Shown here: one piece after another, positions 30,255-41,374 of the stretch
Position numbering within the stretch: the stretch's first letter is position 1
How the letters are laid out: each line of letters begins with the position of its first letter
Program-made: the position numbers and the translations under genes
IMG/VR virus record: IMGVR_UViG_3300030103_004875
Direction: 5' to 3' (one strand)
DNA from: a virus
DNA length: 64,000 nucleotides
The notes under the pieces: generated by a model
The model's database searches: none
What the model was told of the DNA's origin: nothing
Seen by the model: only the letters and a program-made list of their open reading frames with translations

Positions 30255-31369
30255 TGGCAACCAAGTATTACTACAGTCAAGCAAGTGGTGACAATGACGG
30301 TAGCAGCGAAGCAAACGCCTACACCGATCTCCAGACGGCACTGAACGCTCTTAGTGCTGGTGATCATTTATACTGTAAGAGACACACTTCGCGTGAGGGT
30401 GTTAAGACCACGAACTTAACATTCACAACAAATTCCAACACAAACGCTGGAAATACTATTGTCGAAGGGTACACAACTACGCCAGGTGATGGTGGGATGT
30501 ATCAGACTGCAAGTCCTGTAGACTTCAATGCAGAAGGTGTAGAACTAAGATACTTTGATGTTGACGCTGATGGCGATGCCACCACTGCGATATCAATAGG
30601 CGGAGATGGTAGTATTGCTTATAGGTGCAAGGCTGTAAATGCTTATAGCTTCGGGAATGGGTTTGAACTAATTGATGCTGCCGCTATCGAATGTTTTGCT
30701 CAGGGTAAGGTGACTCAAGCGGGCGACCAAGTTTTTAGTTGCAATCGAGCAACAATGATTAACTGTGTGGTGATCATAGATGCTGCATCTGGATCTGCGG
30801 GTGCAGCGATAGAAGCGGGTGCTGGATTTAGACAGAATCAAATAATAAACTGCTTGATTATCAATGAAGATGGTGCTGAAAGTCATGTCGGTATTAGAGC
30901 CACGGGGAGTTCTAACCAACAACAGACATATGTTAACAATACCATATACAACATGGATATAGGGATTGAGTTCGTGGAGGGACCAGCCTCGGGCAGGGTG
31001 AACGTGCCATCAACTATGTACGGTAATATACTTTATAGTGTTGGTACTGGTATAAAAAACACACAAAACACCAATACTACCACTTTCGGTCTGCTTGCTT
31101 ATCAGAATGCATTCGGGGCAGTTACAACTGCTCAAACCAGTGGTCTTGCCACAGATGTTGATAATTTTACTTTGACCGAAAATCCGTTTATTGACACCAC
31201 CAACTTTCAGTTAAACAACGCGCCTGGCGGCGGAGCGTTAATTAAGGGTAAACTTGGTATTCCCGATCCTAAAGATCCATCCAAATTAACTTCGCTAGTC
31301 AGAACTGACTTTCAGTCTTCTGGTGGTGTCACACCCAATCCAGTCGGTGAAGTTTCCAGATCTTTCTGA
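30254..31369 (+). CDS. Right-handed beta-helix (pectin-lyase-like) protein; candidate receptor-binding protein or depolymerase
   Basis: N-terminal YY....G.NDGSS..NAY..LQ.AL.AL.AGD motif; INC/NNTIY repeats. Confidence 0.7.
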   Translation: MATKYYYSQASGDNDGSSEANAYTDLQTALNALSAGDHLYCKRHTSREGVKTTNLTFTTNSNTNAGNTIVEGYTTTPGDGGMYQTASPVDFNAEGVELRYFDVDADGDATTAISIGGDGSIAYRCKAVNAYSFGNGFELIDAAAIECFAQGKVTQAGDQVFSCNRATMINCVVIIDAASGSAGAAIEAGAGFRQNQIINCLIINEDGAESHVGIRATGSSNQQQTYVNNTIYNMDIGIEFVEGPASGRVNVPSTMYGNILYSVGTGIKNTQNTNTTTFGLLAYQNAFGAVTTAQTSGLATDVDNFTLTENPFIDTTNFQLNNAPGGGALIKGKLGIPDPKDPSKLTSLVRTDFQSSGGVTPNPVGEVSRSF

Positions 31370-31397
31370 TTGACATTTGTTAGTTACAGAGTATAAT
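31370..31397 (+). promoter_or_regulatory. Sigma70-type promoter upstream of the dUTPase-gp43 operon
   Basis: TTGACA 31370-31375, 16-nt spacer, TATAAT 31392-31397. Confidence 0.75.
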
Positions 31398-31427
31398 TCA
31401 TGTAAACCATGTGGAGATTCTATACCT

Positions 31428-32000
31428 ATGTCGGAAACTATGAAAATTTATAAACTGTACCCCAACGTACTTGAACTTACTCAGTCAACACATGAAGCTG
31501 CTTGTCGTGATATTCATGCACATCTTCGTGCGCCAGTTCCTCCAGAGGATAAACCAGCAATCGTTCGTGAAATACAATGGTATGATTGTTACAATCAATT
31601 ACACACCACCATGCCAGATGTGACCTTTGAGTGTGACGTTCCGAATGTCACGTTTGAACTTGGACCTAAGTGTCGTGCTTTAATTCCAACTGGTATGGTA
31701 TTTCACATGGGGGTTGAGTTCTCTGCTAGGATCCATCCAAGATCTGGTATGGCATGGAAGAATGGTATTACGTTAGTCAATGCAGAAGGAGTCATTGACG
31801 CTGATTATGACAAGGAGGTTTTCATCCCTCTCTATAATACCACTAACATTCCATTTAAAATTCACCACGGAGACAGAATCGCACAAGTTGAATTTATTCA
31901 GCCTTTTAAGAGAGTAAGTTATATTACATACACAGAGGCAACCCCGAAGAAAGATCGTTCTTCTAATCGTAAGGGCGGCTTCGGATCAACAGGAGTTTGA
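31428..32000 (+). CDS. dut: Trimeric dUTPase
   Basis: RSG.A, GVIDADY, GDRIAQ and R.GGFGSTG motifs; GGAG SD before ATG 31428. Confidence 0.9.
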   Translation: MSETMKIYKLYPNVLELTQSTHEAACRDIHAHLRAPVPPEDKPAIVREIQWYDCYNQLHTTMPDVTFECDVPNVTFELGPKCRALIPTGMVFHMGVEFSARIHPRSGMAWKNGITLVNAEGVIDADYDKEVFIPLYNTTNIPFKIHHGDRIAQVEFIQPFKRVSYITYTEATPKKDRSSNRKGGFGSTGV

Positions 32001-32001
32001 T

Positions 32002-32388
32002 ATGACAAGAGATGAATTATTAAAATATCATAGTGAAATTTGTAATGCAGCACAGCAACTAATGTCTCTGAAAAATAGAGACTATGCAGGCAGTGATGGT
32101 AATCAACCTTTTGCCAATTTTACCCGAGTGGAGTCAATGGGCATTTGTACTACTGAACAAGGGTTTATGACCAGAGTAACGGACAAGATGAGTAGGTTGT
32201 CTTCATTTCTGGATTCCGGTAAAATGCATGTTGAAGATGAGAGTTTTTCTGATACAATAGTAGATGTAATTAATTATATGGTTCTTCTTTCTGCCTATGT
32301 AAGTGATAAGGAGAAAGTTGATAAGGTTTTTAAAGAACCTGAACTTCTTGTAGAAGATAAGAACAAAGTTTTTCATCATCCGGTTTGA
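32002..32388 (+). CDS. Nucleotide-modification-associated domain protein (DUF1599/Nmad1-like)
   Basis: KN.DY......PF.NF, R..DK..RL and E...DT..D..NY motifs. Confidence 0.7.
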   Translation: MTRDELLKYHSEICNAAQQLMSLKNRDYAGSDGNQPFANFTRVESMGICTTEQGFMTRVTDKMSRLSSFLDSGKMHVEDESFSDTIVDVINYMVLLSAYVSDKEKVDKVFKEPELLVEDKNKVFHHPV

Positions 32389-32403
32389 TTCAAGTGAGAT
32401 TTA

Positions 32404-34929
32404 ATGCAGGAAACTTTTTACACAAATGTAATAATTCGTGGTAATGATATTTTATATCGCGGAATAGAAAATGGTAGGAGAGTTAGAAGAAAGATTCCAT
32501 ATCAACCCACTCTGTATGTCCCTACCAGCAAACAAACAGAATGGAAAACTTTAGATGGTAGAGCGGTAGAAGAATTTAAAGTTGGATCTATTCTAGAGAC
32601 AAATACTTTCATGAAGGAACATAGAAATGTTTCTGGATTGGAGATTCACGGAAATCTAAATTATGTTTATTCCTACATTGCAGATGAGTTTCCCGGCGAT
32701 GTCAATTATGATTTTAATGATCTAGTTATTGCATATATTGATATAGAAACGGAATGTGAAAAGGGTTTCCCCGACTACAAATCACCAAATGAAAGAATCA
32801 TTGCAATAACAATCGCAGTGAATGGTGAGTATCACGTTCTTGGTCTTGGTGATTTTGTCACTAAAAATGAAAACGAGATCGCATATAATTTTGAGACAGA
32901 GGAGCAACTTCTCAACGAATTTTATCGTCTCTGGGATGAACTTCAGCCTGATATTGTTACTGGATGGAACATTAGATTCTTTGATATTCCTTACCTCTAC
33001 AACAGAAGTTGTCGGGTGGTTGGAGAAAGAAAATCAAAGATGCTTTCTCCTTGGAGAACCGTGAGGGAAAAGACAGTTCACCGAATGAATCGTGATCATG
33101 ATGTGTACGAGCCTCTTGGAGTCTCTGTACTAGACTATTATGAGTTGTATCAGACGTTTACTTATACCAACCAAGAGTCGTATAGGTTGGATCACATATC
33201 GTTTGTCGAACTTGGAGAAAAGAAACTTTCTTATGATGAGTTTGACAGTATTGCAGACTTCTACCAGAAAGATTTTCAAAAATTCATTGAGTATAATATT
33301 AAAGATGTGCAGTTGGTTCACCGGCTAGAGCAGAAGATGAAACTTCTGGAACTGGTGGTTGCTCTGACGTACTCCGCCAAAGTTAATATGATGGATGTAT
33401 TTTCTCAGGTTAAAACGTGGGATCAGATTATCTTTCATTATCTCTATGAGAAAAATATTATCATCCCGCCGAAAAACTTTTCGGAAAAGGATGTTCAATA
33501 TGCGGGTGCTTATGTGAAGGATCCGATTGTGGGTAAACATGACTGGGTAGTTTCGTATGACCTTAACTCTCTCTATCCTCACCTTATTATGCAGTATAAT
33601 ATATCGTCTGACACTAAGGTTAGGGGATCTATGTCTCGTAAGGCAATTGAAATTGATGGTATATTGGAGGAAACTCCTGATACCATGAATCGTATCAGGG
33701 AATGGACGAATCAAGGATACTGTGTTGCTGCAAACGGAACGCTATACAGAAAAGACAAGCAAGGGTTTCTGCCCGAACTCATGGAAAAACTCTATACTGA
33801 AAGAAAGAAGTATAAGAGGTTGATGATTGACTTCCAGAAGAGACAGCAAGCGGGGGAGAAGGGCCTTGAAAATGAGATAGCCAAATATGACAACTTTCAG
33901 CAAGTTCGTAAGATTCAATTGAACTCTGCTTATGGTGCAATTGGTAATGAATGGTTTCGCTACTACGATGTGGAAATGGCCGAAGCAATTACACTTTCTG
34001 GACAGTTGAGTATTCGATGGATAGCAAACAAACTCAATGAATTTTTAAATGAACATGTGGGAACTACCGACTATGACTATGTTGTGGCATCTGATACCGA
34101 TTCTGTGTATCTCAGGCTTGGTAATCTTGTGGATCGTTTTTTGGCTGATGGAACTGATGTGGAGAAAATCACAGATTTCCTTGACAAAGCATCAGAAAAA
34201 ATAATAGAACCCTTTATCGACAAGAAGTATGAAGAACTTTCTGGTTTGATGAATGCGTTCGATAACAAGATGGTGATGGAGAGAGAAGTAATCGCAAAGA
34301 CTGGTGTGTGGACCGCAAAGAAAAGGTACATGCTAAGTGTTCATGATTCGGAGGGTATTCGATACAAGACACCTAAGTTGAAGATCATGGGCATTGAGAC
34401 TTCTCGATCATCCACACCGCAAGTGGTTCGTAACAAATTGAAAGAGATGATAAGCACTGTAATGACTGGAACAGAAGATGAACTAATTTCTTCTGTTGGT
34501 GAATTTAAGTCTGAGTTTAACTTTCTTGATCCAGAGGACATAGCATTCCCCCGCGGCGTGTCTAACCTAACGAAGTATCATGATAGTGCCCAAATATACA
34601 GCAAAGGAACACCTATCGCAGTAAAGGGTGCTTTGATTTACAACTACTATATCAACAAGATGAAACTAGGTAGGAAGTATCGTGAAATAATAGAGGGAGA
34701 TAAGATAAAGTTTGTTTATCTCAAGACACCCAATCCGATGGCGGGATCCTTTGGAAAGGATCATGTTCTTTCTTTTCCGAATGGTATTCCGAAGGAATTT
34801 GAACTTACTGATTTCATCGATTATGATAAACAATTTACCAAGTCTTTTTTAGAACCTCTAAATACTATTTTAAAAGCAGTTGGATGGGAGTATGAAAAGA
34901 AAGCATCCCTAGAAACATTTTTTGGATAA
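32404..34929 (+). CDS. 43: Family B DNA polymerase gp43
   Basis: DIET exonuclease motif, DLNSLYP, KIQLNSAYG, DTDS, KKRY; C-terminal clamp-binding SLETFFG. Confidence 0.97.
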   Translation: MQETFYTNVIIRGNDILYRGIENGRRVRRKIPYQPTLYVPTSKQTEWKTLDGRAVEEFKVGSILETNTFMKEHRNVSGLEIHGNLNYVYSYIADEFPGDVNYDFNDLVIAYIDIETECEKGFPDYKSPNERIIAITIAVNGEYHVLGLGDFVTKNENEIAYNFETEEQLLNEFYRLWDELQPDIVTGWNIRFFDIPYLYNRSCRVVGERKSKMLSPWRTVREKTVHRMNRDHDVYEPLGVSVLDYYELYQTFTYTNQESYRLDHISFVELGEKKLSYDEFDSIADFYQKDFQKFIEYNIKDVQLVHRLEQKMKLLELVVALTYSAKVNMMDVFSQVKTWDQIIFHYLYEKNIIIPPKNFSEKDVQYAGAYVKDPIVGKHDWVVSYDLNSLYPHLIMQYNISSDTKVRGSMSRKAIEIDGILEETPDTMNRIREWTNQGYCVAANGTLYRKDKQGFLPELMEKLYTERKKYKRLMIDFQKRQQAGEKGLENEIAKYDNFQQVRKIQLNSAYGAIGNEWFRYYDVEMAEAITLSGQLSIRWIANKLNEFLNEHVGTTDYDYVVASDTDSVYLRLGNLVDRFLADGTDVEKITDFLDKASEKIIEPFIDKKYEELSGLMNAFDNKMVMEREVIAKTGVWTAKKRYMLSVHDSEGIRYKTPKLKIMGIETSRSSTPQVVRNKLKEMISTVMTGTEDELISSVGEFKSEFNFLDPEDIAFPRGVSNLTKYHDSAQIYSKGTPIAVKGALIYNYYINKMKLGRKYREIIEGDKIKFVYLKTPNPMAGSFGKDHVLSFPNGIPKEFELTDFIDYDKQFTKSFLEPLNTILKAVGWEYEKKASLETFFG

Positions 34930-35158
34930 TACTATGAACAATACAATTTATAAATGCGAATTTTCTCTACAGGATTTACAGACGATGTATTATCTTGTGG
35001 AGAAAGAAATGGTATTGACAGAGAGGAACTTATCTGCTAGTCTATCGGATAAGACAGTGAATCTTTCTCGATACGAAGATCTTCTTTCAAAGAAGAATGT
35101 ATTAGAGAAGACACGAAAGCAACTTAAAAATTACTACGGAGATATTGATGTTAAATGA
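34922..35158 (+). CDS. Hypothetical protein
   Basis: Fills the gp43-uvsX gap in the same orientation. Confidence 0.55.
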   Translation: MDNTMNNTIYKCEFSLQDLQTMYYLVEKEMVLTERNLSASLSDKTVNLSRYEDLLSKKNVLEKTRKQLKNYYGDIDVK

Positions 35159-36182
35159 TTTGATAAAAGAAAGTGGAAATAAGTACGCAAGCATCGTTGA
35201 TGACGGAATTTCTGGTTCTGATATTACGGGGTTTGTCGATACTGGTTCCTTTATATTTAATGCTCTCCTTAGTGGGTCAATTTATGGTGGGATACCTGAC
35301 AATAAAATCATTGCACTTGCCGGAGAGTCAGCAACTGGTAAGACGTACTTTGCGTTGGGCGTGGTTCGTAAATTCCTGTCTGACAATCCCGACGCTGTTG
35401 TTCTTTATTTTGATTCTGAGCAAGCAGTAACTTCTGATATGATTCGGGATCGAGGAATTGATCCCAAGAGAGTTGCAGTAATGCCTGTCTCTACGGTAGA
35501 AGAGTTTCGTCACCAAGCAATCAGTATTGTTGATAAGTACACGGAATTGTCAGAAAAGAAACCAATGATGATTGTTCTTGATTCTCTTGGTATGCTTTCT
35601 ACTGAGAAGGAAATGAATGATACTGCCGAAGGTAAGACTACCCGAGATATGACTCGTGCCCAAGTAATTAAAGCCACTTTCCGTGTCTTAACTTTGAAAC
35701 TGGGAGCAGCGGGTATTCCTATGATCATGACGAATCATACCTACGATCAGGTTGGCTCGATGTTTCCCACAAAGCAAATGAGTGGCGGTGCAGGTCTTAA
35801 GTATGCCGCTTCTACTATTATTTTCCTTTCCAAGAAAAAGGTAAAGGAAGGAACTGATGTCATTGGTAACATCATTCATTGTAAATTATATAAGTCCAGA
35901 TTAACAAAAGAGAACGCTATGGTTGACGTTCTTCTAAATTACGATAGTGGACTTCATCTTTACTATGGTCTATTGACTCTTGCTGAAAAGTATGATATAA
36001 TCAAAAAGGTTTCGACGCGATATGAGTTCCCTGACGGAACAAAAGCCTATGAGAAGGCAGTCTATAAGAATCCAGAAAAATACTTTACAGCAGATATCAT
36101 GAAGCAACTCAACGAAGTGGCACTCAAAGAGTTTACTTATGGTTCAGCAGAGGATAGTGATCAAACAAATGAAGGTGACTGA
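35145..36182 (+). CDS. uvsX: RecA-like recombinase UvsX
   Basis: [18 protein letters not shown] and DMTRA motifs. Confidence 0.95.
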   Translation: MMLNDLIKESGNKYASIVDDGISGSDITGFVDTGSFIFNALLSGSIYGGIPDNKIIALAGESATGKTYFALGVVRKFLSDNPDAVVLYFDSEQAVTSDMIRDRGIDPKRVAVMPVSTVEEFRHQAISIVDKYTELSEKKPMMIVLDSLGMLSTEKEMNDTAEGKTTRDMTRAQVIKATFRVLTLKLGAAGIPMIMTNHTYDQVGSMFPTKQMSGGAGLKYAASTIIFLSKKKVKEGTDVIGNIIHCKLYKSRLTKENAMVDVLLNYDSGLHLYYGLLTLAEKYDIIKKVSTRYEFPDGTKAYEKAVYKNPEKYFTADIMKQLNEVALKEFTYGSAEDSDQTNEGD

Positions 36183-37575
36183 AGACCTAATTTTAGAAAA
36201 CTTGATGTTCAATGAAAACTTTACTCGTAAAGTAATTCCCTTTCTGAAAGAAGATTACTTTCAGGATACGATTAAGAGAACAATCTTCGTTGAGATCCGG
36301 GAGTTTTTCAACAAGTATAATCAGATGCCATCCAAAGATGCCCTGAATATTCAACTTGAAAAACGAACGAATCTCAACGAGGATCAATTCAAATCTATTC
36401 TTAACTTAGTAGATTCTTTTGTGTATGACGAGGAGTCGGAAAAGTCCGATACTTGGATATACGATGAGACTGAAAACTTCTGCAAAGACCGTGCGATCTA
36501 TAATGCTATTATGGATAGTATCCATATCATAGATGGTAAGTCTAAGACTCAAGATAAGAATGCAATACCAGATCTTCTTAGTACTGCACTCGGTGTTTCT
36601 TTCAATGAGCATATCGGGCACGATTACATTTTTGATGCAGAGGATCGCTTCGATTTCTATCACAGGGTAGAGAAGAAGACTCCTTTCGATCTAGAGTTCT
36701 TCAATACTATTACAAATGGCGGTACACCCAACAAGACACTGAATGTGGTTATCGCCGGTACAGGTGTTGGTAAGTCATTATTTCTTTGTCACCATGCCGC
36801 AAATTGTCTTACCCAGAATCTAAATGTTCTTTATGTCACATGTGAAATGGCCGAGGAGAGAATCGCGGAACGAATTGATGCTAACTTATTCAACATTACT
36901 ATGGATGAACTTAAAGAACTTCCAAAGCAAATGTATGATGCAAAGATCGAGAACATTAAAAAGAGTGTCGGTGGTAATCTTATCATCAAAGAATATCCTA
37001 CGGCCACAGCAAATGTGAATCACTTTCGATCACTGCTAGATGAACTGAAGATTAAAAAGAGATTTGTTCCTGACATCATCTTTATTGATTATCTAAATAT
37101 CTGTGCATCCGCTAGGATTAAAAATGGAGACGGCGGCGGTTCTTACTTTTACATTAAATCAATTGCAGAGGAACTCCGAGGACTTGCTGTTGAAAACAAT
37201 GTTCCAATCTTCACTGCAACACAAACTAACCGAACTGGATTTTCCAGTAGTGATATTGGGTTGGAGGATACTTCGGAATCCTTTGGATTACCTGCTACTG
37301 CCGACTTTATGTTTGCACTAATCTCTACCGAAGAGTTAGAAGAAATGCAGCAAATTATGGTGAAACAACTTAAGAATCGATACAATGATACGGCAGTAAA
37401 TCGTAAATTTATTCTAAATATCAATCGTGCAAAGATGAAACTTGAAGATGTAAAACTAGAGGAACAAAGTTTGATTGATGCCAACCAAACACCAACAGTT
37501 TCTGGTAATGGATTTGATCAGAAAAGTTTTGAAAAGAATTTCGATAAGAACAAATTTGATAATTGGAATATTTGA
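36169..37575 (+). CDS. 41: Replicative helicase gp41
   Basis: [27 protein letters not shown] and [11 protein letters not shown] motifs. Confidence 0.95.
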   Translation: MKVTEDLILENLMFNENFTRKVIPFLKEDYFQDTIKRTIFVEIREFFNKYNQMPSKDALNIQLEKRTNLNEDQFKSILNLVDSFVYDEESEKSDTWIYDETENFCKDRAIYNAIMDSIHIIDGKSKTQDKNAIPDLLSTALGVSFNEHIGHDYIFDAEDRFDFYHRVEKKTPFDLEFFNTITNGGTPNKTLNVVIAGTGVGKSLFLCHHAANCLTQNLNVLYVTCEMAEERIAERIDANLFNITMDELKELPKQMYDAKIENIKKSVGGNLIIKEYPTATANVNHFRSLLDELKIKKRFVPDIIFIDYLNICASARIKNGDGGGSYFYIKSIAEELRGLAVENNVPIFTATQTNRTGFSSSDIGLEDTSESFGLPATADFMFALISTEELEEMQQIMVKQLKNRYNDTAVNRKFILNINRAKMKLEDVKLEEQSLIDANQTPTVSGNGFDQKSFEKNFDKNKFDNWNI

Positions 37576-38633
37576 TGAGTGGTTACATTGATAGAAAATA
37601 TATCAATCTAGTTTCCCCCCAACTGGAACGATTTGCATGGAAAAGTGATACTCTTGCAAATTGCAGATGTCCCATTTGCGGAGATTCTCAGAAAAATAAA
37701 AGAAAGGCCCGAGGATTCTTTTATCTAAAGGGTAATGATTATTTTTATAAGTGTCACAATTGCGGAGCAGGACATTCTTTGTATAGATTTTTAGAATCTG
37801 TTTGTGGTTCTTTATCAAAAGAATATTCTCTTGAGAGATGGAGGAACGGAGAAAATGCTCGTTCTAATTATGTAAAACCCAAGGAAGAAAATATGTTTAA
37901 TTTCAAACAACCAAAGTTCAAACCCAAGCATGACTTACTGAAACCTCTGGTGTCCGTGAAAGATCTGCCATCTGATCATATATGTCGAGAATTTGTAGAG
38001 ATGAGAAAAATACCCAAGAAGTTTTATGATGTTCTTTACTATACAGATAACTTCTTGGATTATATGAGGATGATAGACCCTGAACTGAATCCCGCAAAAT
38101 GGACAAACACAGAACCTCGTCTGGTCATTCCCTTCTTCAATAAAGATAATGATGTTGTTGCAGTTCAGGGCCGATCACTTTCATTGAAGGACGAGTACAA
38201 CGCTCGAACCACTCTGCGTTACATCACCGTCAAGTCGGACAAGTCGATTGAACGACTCTGGTATGGTATGTGGCGTGCAAATCCAAAGAAGCGTGTCTAT
38301 GTTGTCGAAGGACCTTTGGATAGTATGTTTGTTCCTAACACCGTGGCAATGGTCGGTGCTGCTGCTATTGATCGAGTGCCGGCACGATTCGCTAATACTG
38401 ACATGGTTTACGTTCTTGACAATGAACCACGAAATCTTCAGATTGTGAAGTTCAATGAAAATCTCATTGAACAAGGTAAGACTGTTTGTATTTGGCCGAA
38501 TGGGATTAGAGATAAAGACATCAATGACATGATCTATAGATTCAGTCCGAAACAAATTAAGAAGATGATGGACGATAACGCAGTGTCCGGACTCGAAGCA
38601 AAAATGAGACTAAATCGATGGAGGAAAGTATAG
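37575..38633 (+). CDS. 61: DNA primase gp61
   Basis: CPICGDS..K.RG, CHNCG zinc finger, EGPLDS TOPRIM, DNEPRN, KDINDM. Confidence 0.95.
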   Translation: MSGYIDRKYINLVSPQLERFAWKSDTLANCRCPICGDSQKNKRKARGFFYLKGNDYFYKCHNCGAGHSLYRFLESVCGSLSKEYSLERWRNGENARSNYVKPKEENMFNFKQPKFKPKHDLLKPLVSVKDLPSDHICREFVEMRKIPKKFYDVLYYTDNFLDYMRMIDPELNPAKWTNTEPRLVIPFFNKDNDVVAVQGRSLSLKDEYNARTTLRYITVKSDKSIERLWYGMWRANPKKRVYVVEGPLDSMFVPNTVAMVGAAAIDRVPARFANTDMVYVLDNEPRNLQIVKFNENLIEQGKTVCIWPNGIRDKDINDMIYRFSPKQIKKMMDDNAVSGLEAKMRLNRWRKV

Positions 38634-38634
38634 A

Positions 38635-39360
38635 ATGAGTGAAACGGTATTAGACAAAGGACATGTTCATTTGGTTGATCATATGGGTTCGGATCTCATG
38701 GTATGCAACGCAGCACGGGTTTCTTTCTCTAAGGATACCGAGTGGGAGGTAGACGAGGAAGCAGTGAAAAGACTTCGTGAGAGTGGATCCTCGTATCATA
38801 AAGAAGACGTACAGAAGTTAGGTGAACGGGATGTGAAGTTACTTAAGTATCTTGCGAAGCACCAACACTGGACACCATTCGCACACCCGCAGATTACTTT
38901 ACGGGTGAAAGCGCCTGTGTCTATTCGTACTCAGATGTTCAAACATAAGCAGGGGTTCGTGGAGAACGAGATTAGTCGTCGTTATGTTTCGTTTGAACCT
39001 GAGTTTTATTCTCCAGAATGGAGAGGAAAACCGACTGATGGCGCAAAACAGGGTAGTGATGATTTCATAGAGATCAAACCAGATATTCAAAAGACATTTG
39101 ATAATATGCTGGAAGGTTGTATGAGAACTTATAATGATCTTCTAGAAGCGGGCGTAGCACCCGAACAGGCAAGATTTATGCTTCCACAGGGAATGTATAC
39201 TGAGTGGTATTGGACGGGTTCCCTTGCTGCCTATGCTCGATTCTACAAGCAACGAATCGATACACATGCACAGTACGAAGTCAGAGAATATGCGAAAGCA
39301 ATCGGTGTTCTAATTTCCCGACTTTTCCCGGTATCGTGGAAATGTCTAACCTGCCATTGA
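38635..39360 (+). CDS. thyX: Flavin-dependent thymidylate synthase
   Basis: NAARVSF, HWTPF.H, NEISRRY and EQAR..LPQ motifs. Confidence 0.93.
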   Translation: MSETVLDKGHVHLVDHMGSDLMVCNAARVSFSKDTEWEVDEEAVKRLRESGSSYHKEDVQKLGERDVKLLKYLAKHQHWTPFAHPQITLRVKAPVSIRTQMFKHKQGFVENEISRRYVSFEPEFYSPEWRGKPTDGAKQGSDDFIEIKPDIQKTFDNMLEGCMRTYNDLLEAGVAPEQARFMLPQGMYTEWYWTGSLAAYARFYKQRIDTHAQYEVREYAKAIGVLISRLFPVSWKCLTCH

Positions 39361-39402
39361 CTATATAAGTAACCAACAAGAATACAAGGAGTTTTCTACA
39401 TT

Positions 39403-41352
39403 ATGCAATTACCATCTTTATACCAGTCATTTATTCATCTTTCTCGTTATTCTCGTTGGTTAGATAATGAAGGTAGAAGAGAAACGTGGCCAGAGACGGT
39501 TTCTAGGTATTTTGATTTTTTCACTGAACATCTAAAAGAAGAATGTAACTATGATGTTCCCGATAAACTCAGAAAGGAATTAGAAAAAGCCGTAACTAAC
39601 CTAGAAATTATGCCTTCTATGCGAGCACTAATGACCGCAGGGGAGGCGTTAAAAAGAGACAATGTTGCAGGGTACAATTGTTCTTACGTCAGTGCAAGTA
39701 AAGTTAAGTCGTTTGATGAGATTCTGTACATCCTCATGTGCGGGACAGGAGTCGGGTTCTCCGTAGAACGCGACCTCATCAAAACCCTACCGACGATAGC
39801 AGAGGAGTTCGAAGACAGTGATACAACAATTATTGTCAAAGATTCAAAAATGGGTTGGGCGAAAGCCTATAGAGAATTGTTTAGCCTTCTCATTGGAGGT
39901 CAAATTCCAAAATGGGACACGAGCAAAGTTCGTCCTGCCGGCGCGCGCCTTAAGACTTTTGGAGGTAGAGCCTCCGGACCCGAACCGCTCGAAGACCTCT
40001 TCAAGTTTACCGTCGAAACTTTCCGAAAAGCAGCAGGTAGAAAACTTACTTCTATCGAATGTCACGATATCATCTGCAAGATTGCGGAGATTGTTGTTGT
40101 CGGAGGTGTTCGAAGATCAGCCCTTATCTCTCTCTCCTCGTTAACTGATGAGAGAATGAGAGACGCGAAGAGTGGTGCATGGTGGGAAGCAGATTCACAG
40201 AGAGCACTTGCGAACAACTCTGTATCCTACAGGGAAAAACCAGAGCCTGGCACATTCATGGAAGAATGGACCGCTCTATACAAGTCTAAGAGTGGTGAGC
40301 GTGGAATCTTCAACCGAGAAGCAGCACAGATGCAGGTTGAAAAGGCAAATGCATTTAGAACCAAGATAGATTCCGAATACCGAACCCGAGACTCGAATCA
40401 CTTGTTTGGAACAAACCCTTGTTCCGAGATTATCCTTCGGGACCGTGAGTTTTGTAATCTTACAGAAGTTGTGGTCCGTGCCGATGATACTGATAAGAGT
40501 CTGACACGCAAGGTTAAACTTGCTACCATTCTTGGCACTTGGCAATCAACTCTTCTCAACTTTCGATTCCTCTCTGGTGAGTGGAAGAAGAATTGTGAAG
40601 AAGAACGCTTGCTCGGTGTGTCACTTACTGGTATAATGGATTGTGATATAACCAGAAGTGGAGATGGGTTGGATTTGAGACTTCAGAGACTTCGTAGTAC
40701 AGCAATCAAGACGAACAAGGAACATGCCGACGATCTCGGTATTCCCCAGTCCGCTGCAATTACATGTGTAAAACCATCGGGAACTGTTTCTCAATTAACT
40801 GACGCAGCATCTGGTATTCATGCTCGTCATAACTCACATTACATTCGCACTGTGAGAGCAGATAATAAAGATCCTTTGTGTTCTTTCATGAAGGATAAGG
40901 GATTTCCGCATGAAGCAGATGTCATGAAACCAGATCATGTCACTGTGTTCTCTTTCCCTGTAAGATCGCCTGCTGGTTGTGTCACTCGCAATGACATGAC
41001 AGCGATCGAACAACTTGAACTTTGGTTAGTTTATCAACGACACTGGTGTGAGCATAAACCATCCGTTACGATCACTGTTCGGGAAGAAGAATGGCCTACT
41101 GTGGGTGGATGGGTATATGATCACTTTGATGAGATTTCTGGTATTTCTTTCTTACCTCATAGTGATCACTCATATCGTCAAGCACCTTATCAGGATTGTA
41201 CTCATGATGAGTTCAACGAATTGCTCGAAAAAATGCCAGTCGATGTTGACTGGAGCGGTCTTGGAGAGTATGAAAAGGAGGATAATACCTCTGGATCCCA
41301 GACAATGGCTTGTTCTGGGAACTCTTGCGAGATTGTAGACTTAACAAACTGA
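39403..41352 (+). CDS. nrdJ: Class II (B12-dependent) ribonucleotide reductase
   Basis: MPSMR, YNC, GGVRRSA, TNPCSEI, CNL, VKPSGT, EHKPS; C-terminal C...C; no small subunit gene nearby. Confidence 0.9.
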   Translation: MQLPSLYQSFIHLSRYSRWLDNEGRRETWPETVSRYFDFFTEHLKEECNYDVPDKLRKELEKAVTNLEIMPSMRALMTAGEALKRDNVAGYNCSYVSASKVKSFDEILYILMCGTGVGFSVERDLIKTLPTIAEEFEDSDTTIIVKDSKMGWAKAYRELFSLLIGGQIPKWDTSKVRPAGARLKTFGGRASGPEPLEDLFKFTVETFRKAAGRKLTSIECHDIICKIAEIVVVGGVRRSALISLSSLTDERMRDAKSGAWWEADSQRALANNSVSYREKPEPGTFMEEWTALYKSKSGERGIFNREAAQMQVEKANAFRTKIDSEYRTRDSNHLFGTNPCSEIILRDREFCNLTEVVVRADDTDKSLTRKVKLATILGTWQSTLLNFRFLSGEWKKNCEEERLLGVSLTGIMDCDITRSGDGLDLRLQRLRSTAIKTNKEHADDLGIPQSAAITCVKPSGTVSQLTDAASGIHARHNSHYIRTVRADNKDPLCSFMKDKGFPHEADVMKPDHVTVFSFPVRSPAGCVTRNDMTAIEQLELWLVYQRHWCEHKPSVTITVREEEWPTVGGWVYDHFDEISGISFLPHSDHSYRQAPYQDCTHDEFNELLEKMPVDVDWSGLGEYEKEDNTSGSQTMACSGNSCEIVDLTN

Positions 41353-41374
41353 TCTAAATCATAAGGAGAAAAAA

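Noticed and set aside
32404-41352. Inteins or introns in gp43, gp41, gp61 or nrdJ
   Set aside because: Lengths are normal, motifs are contiguous, and no splice-junction motifs were seen.
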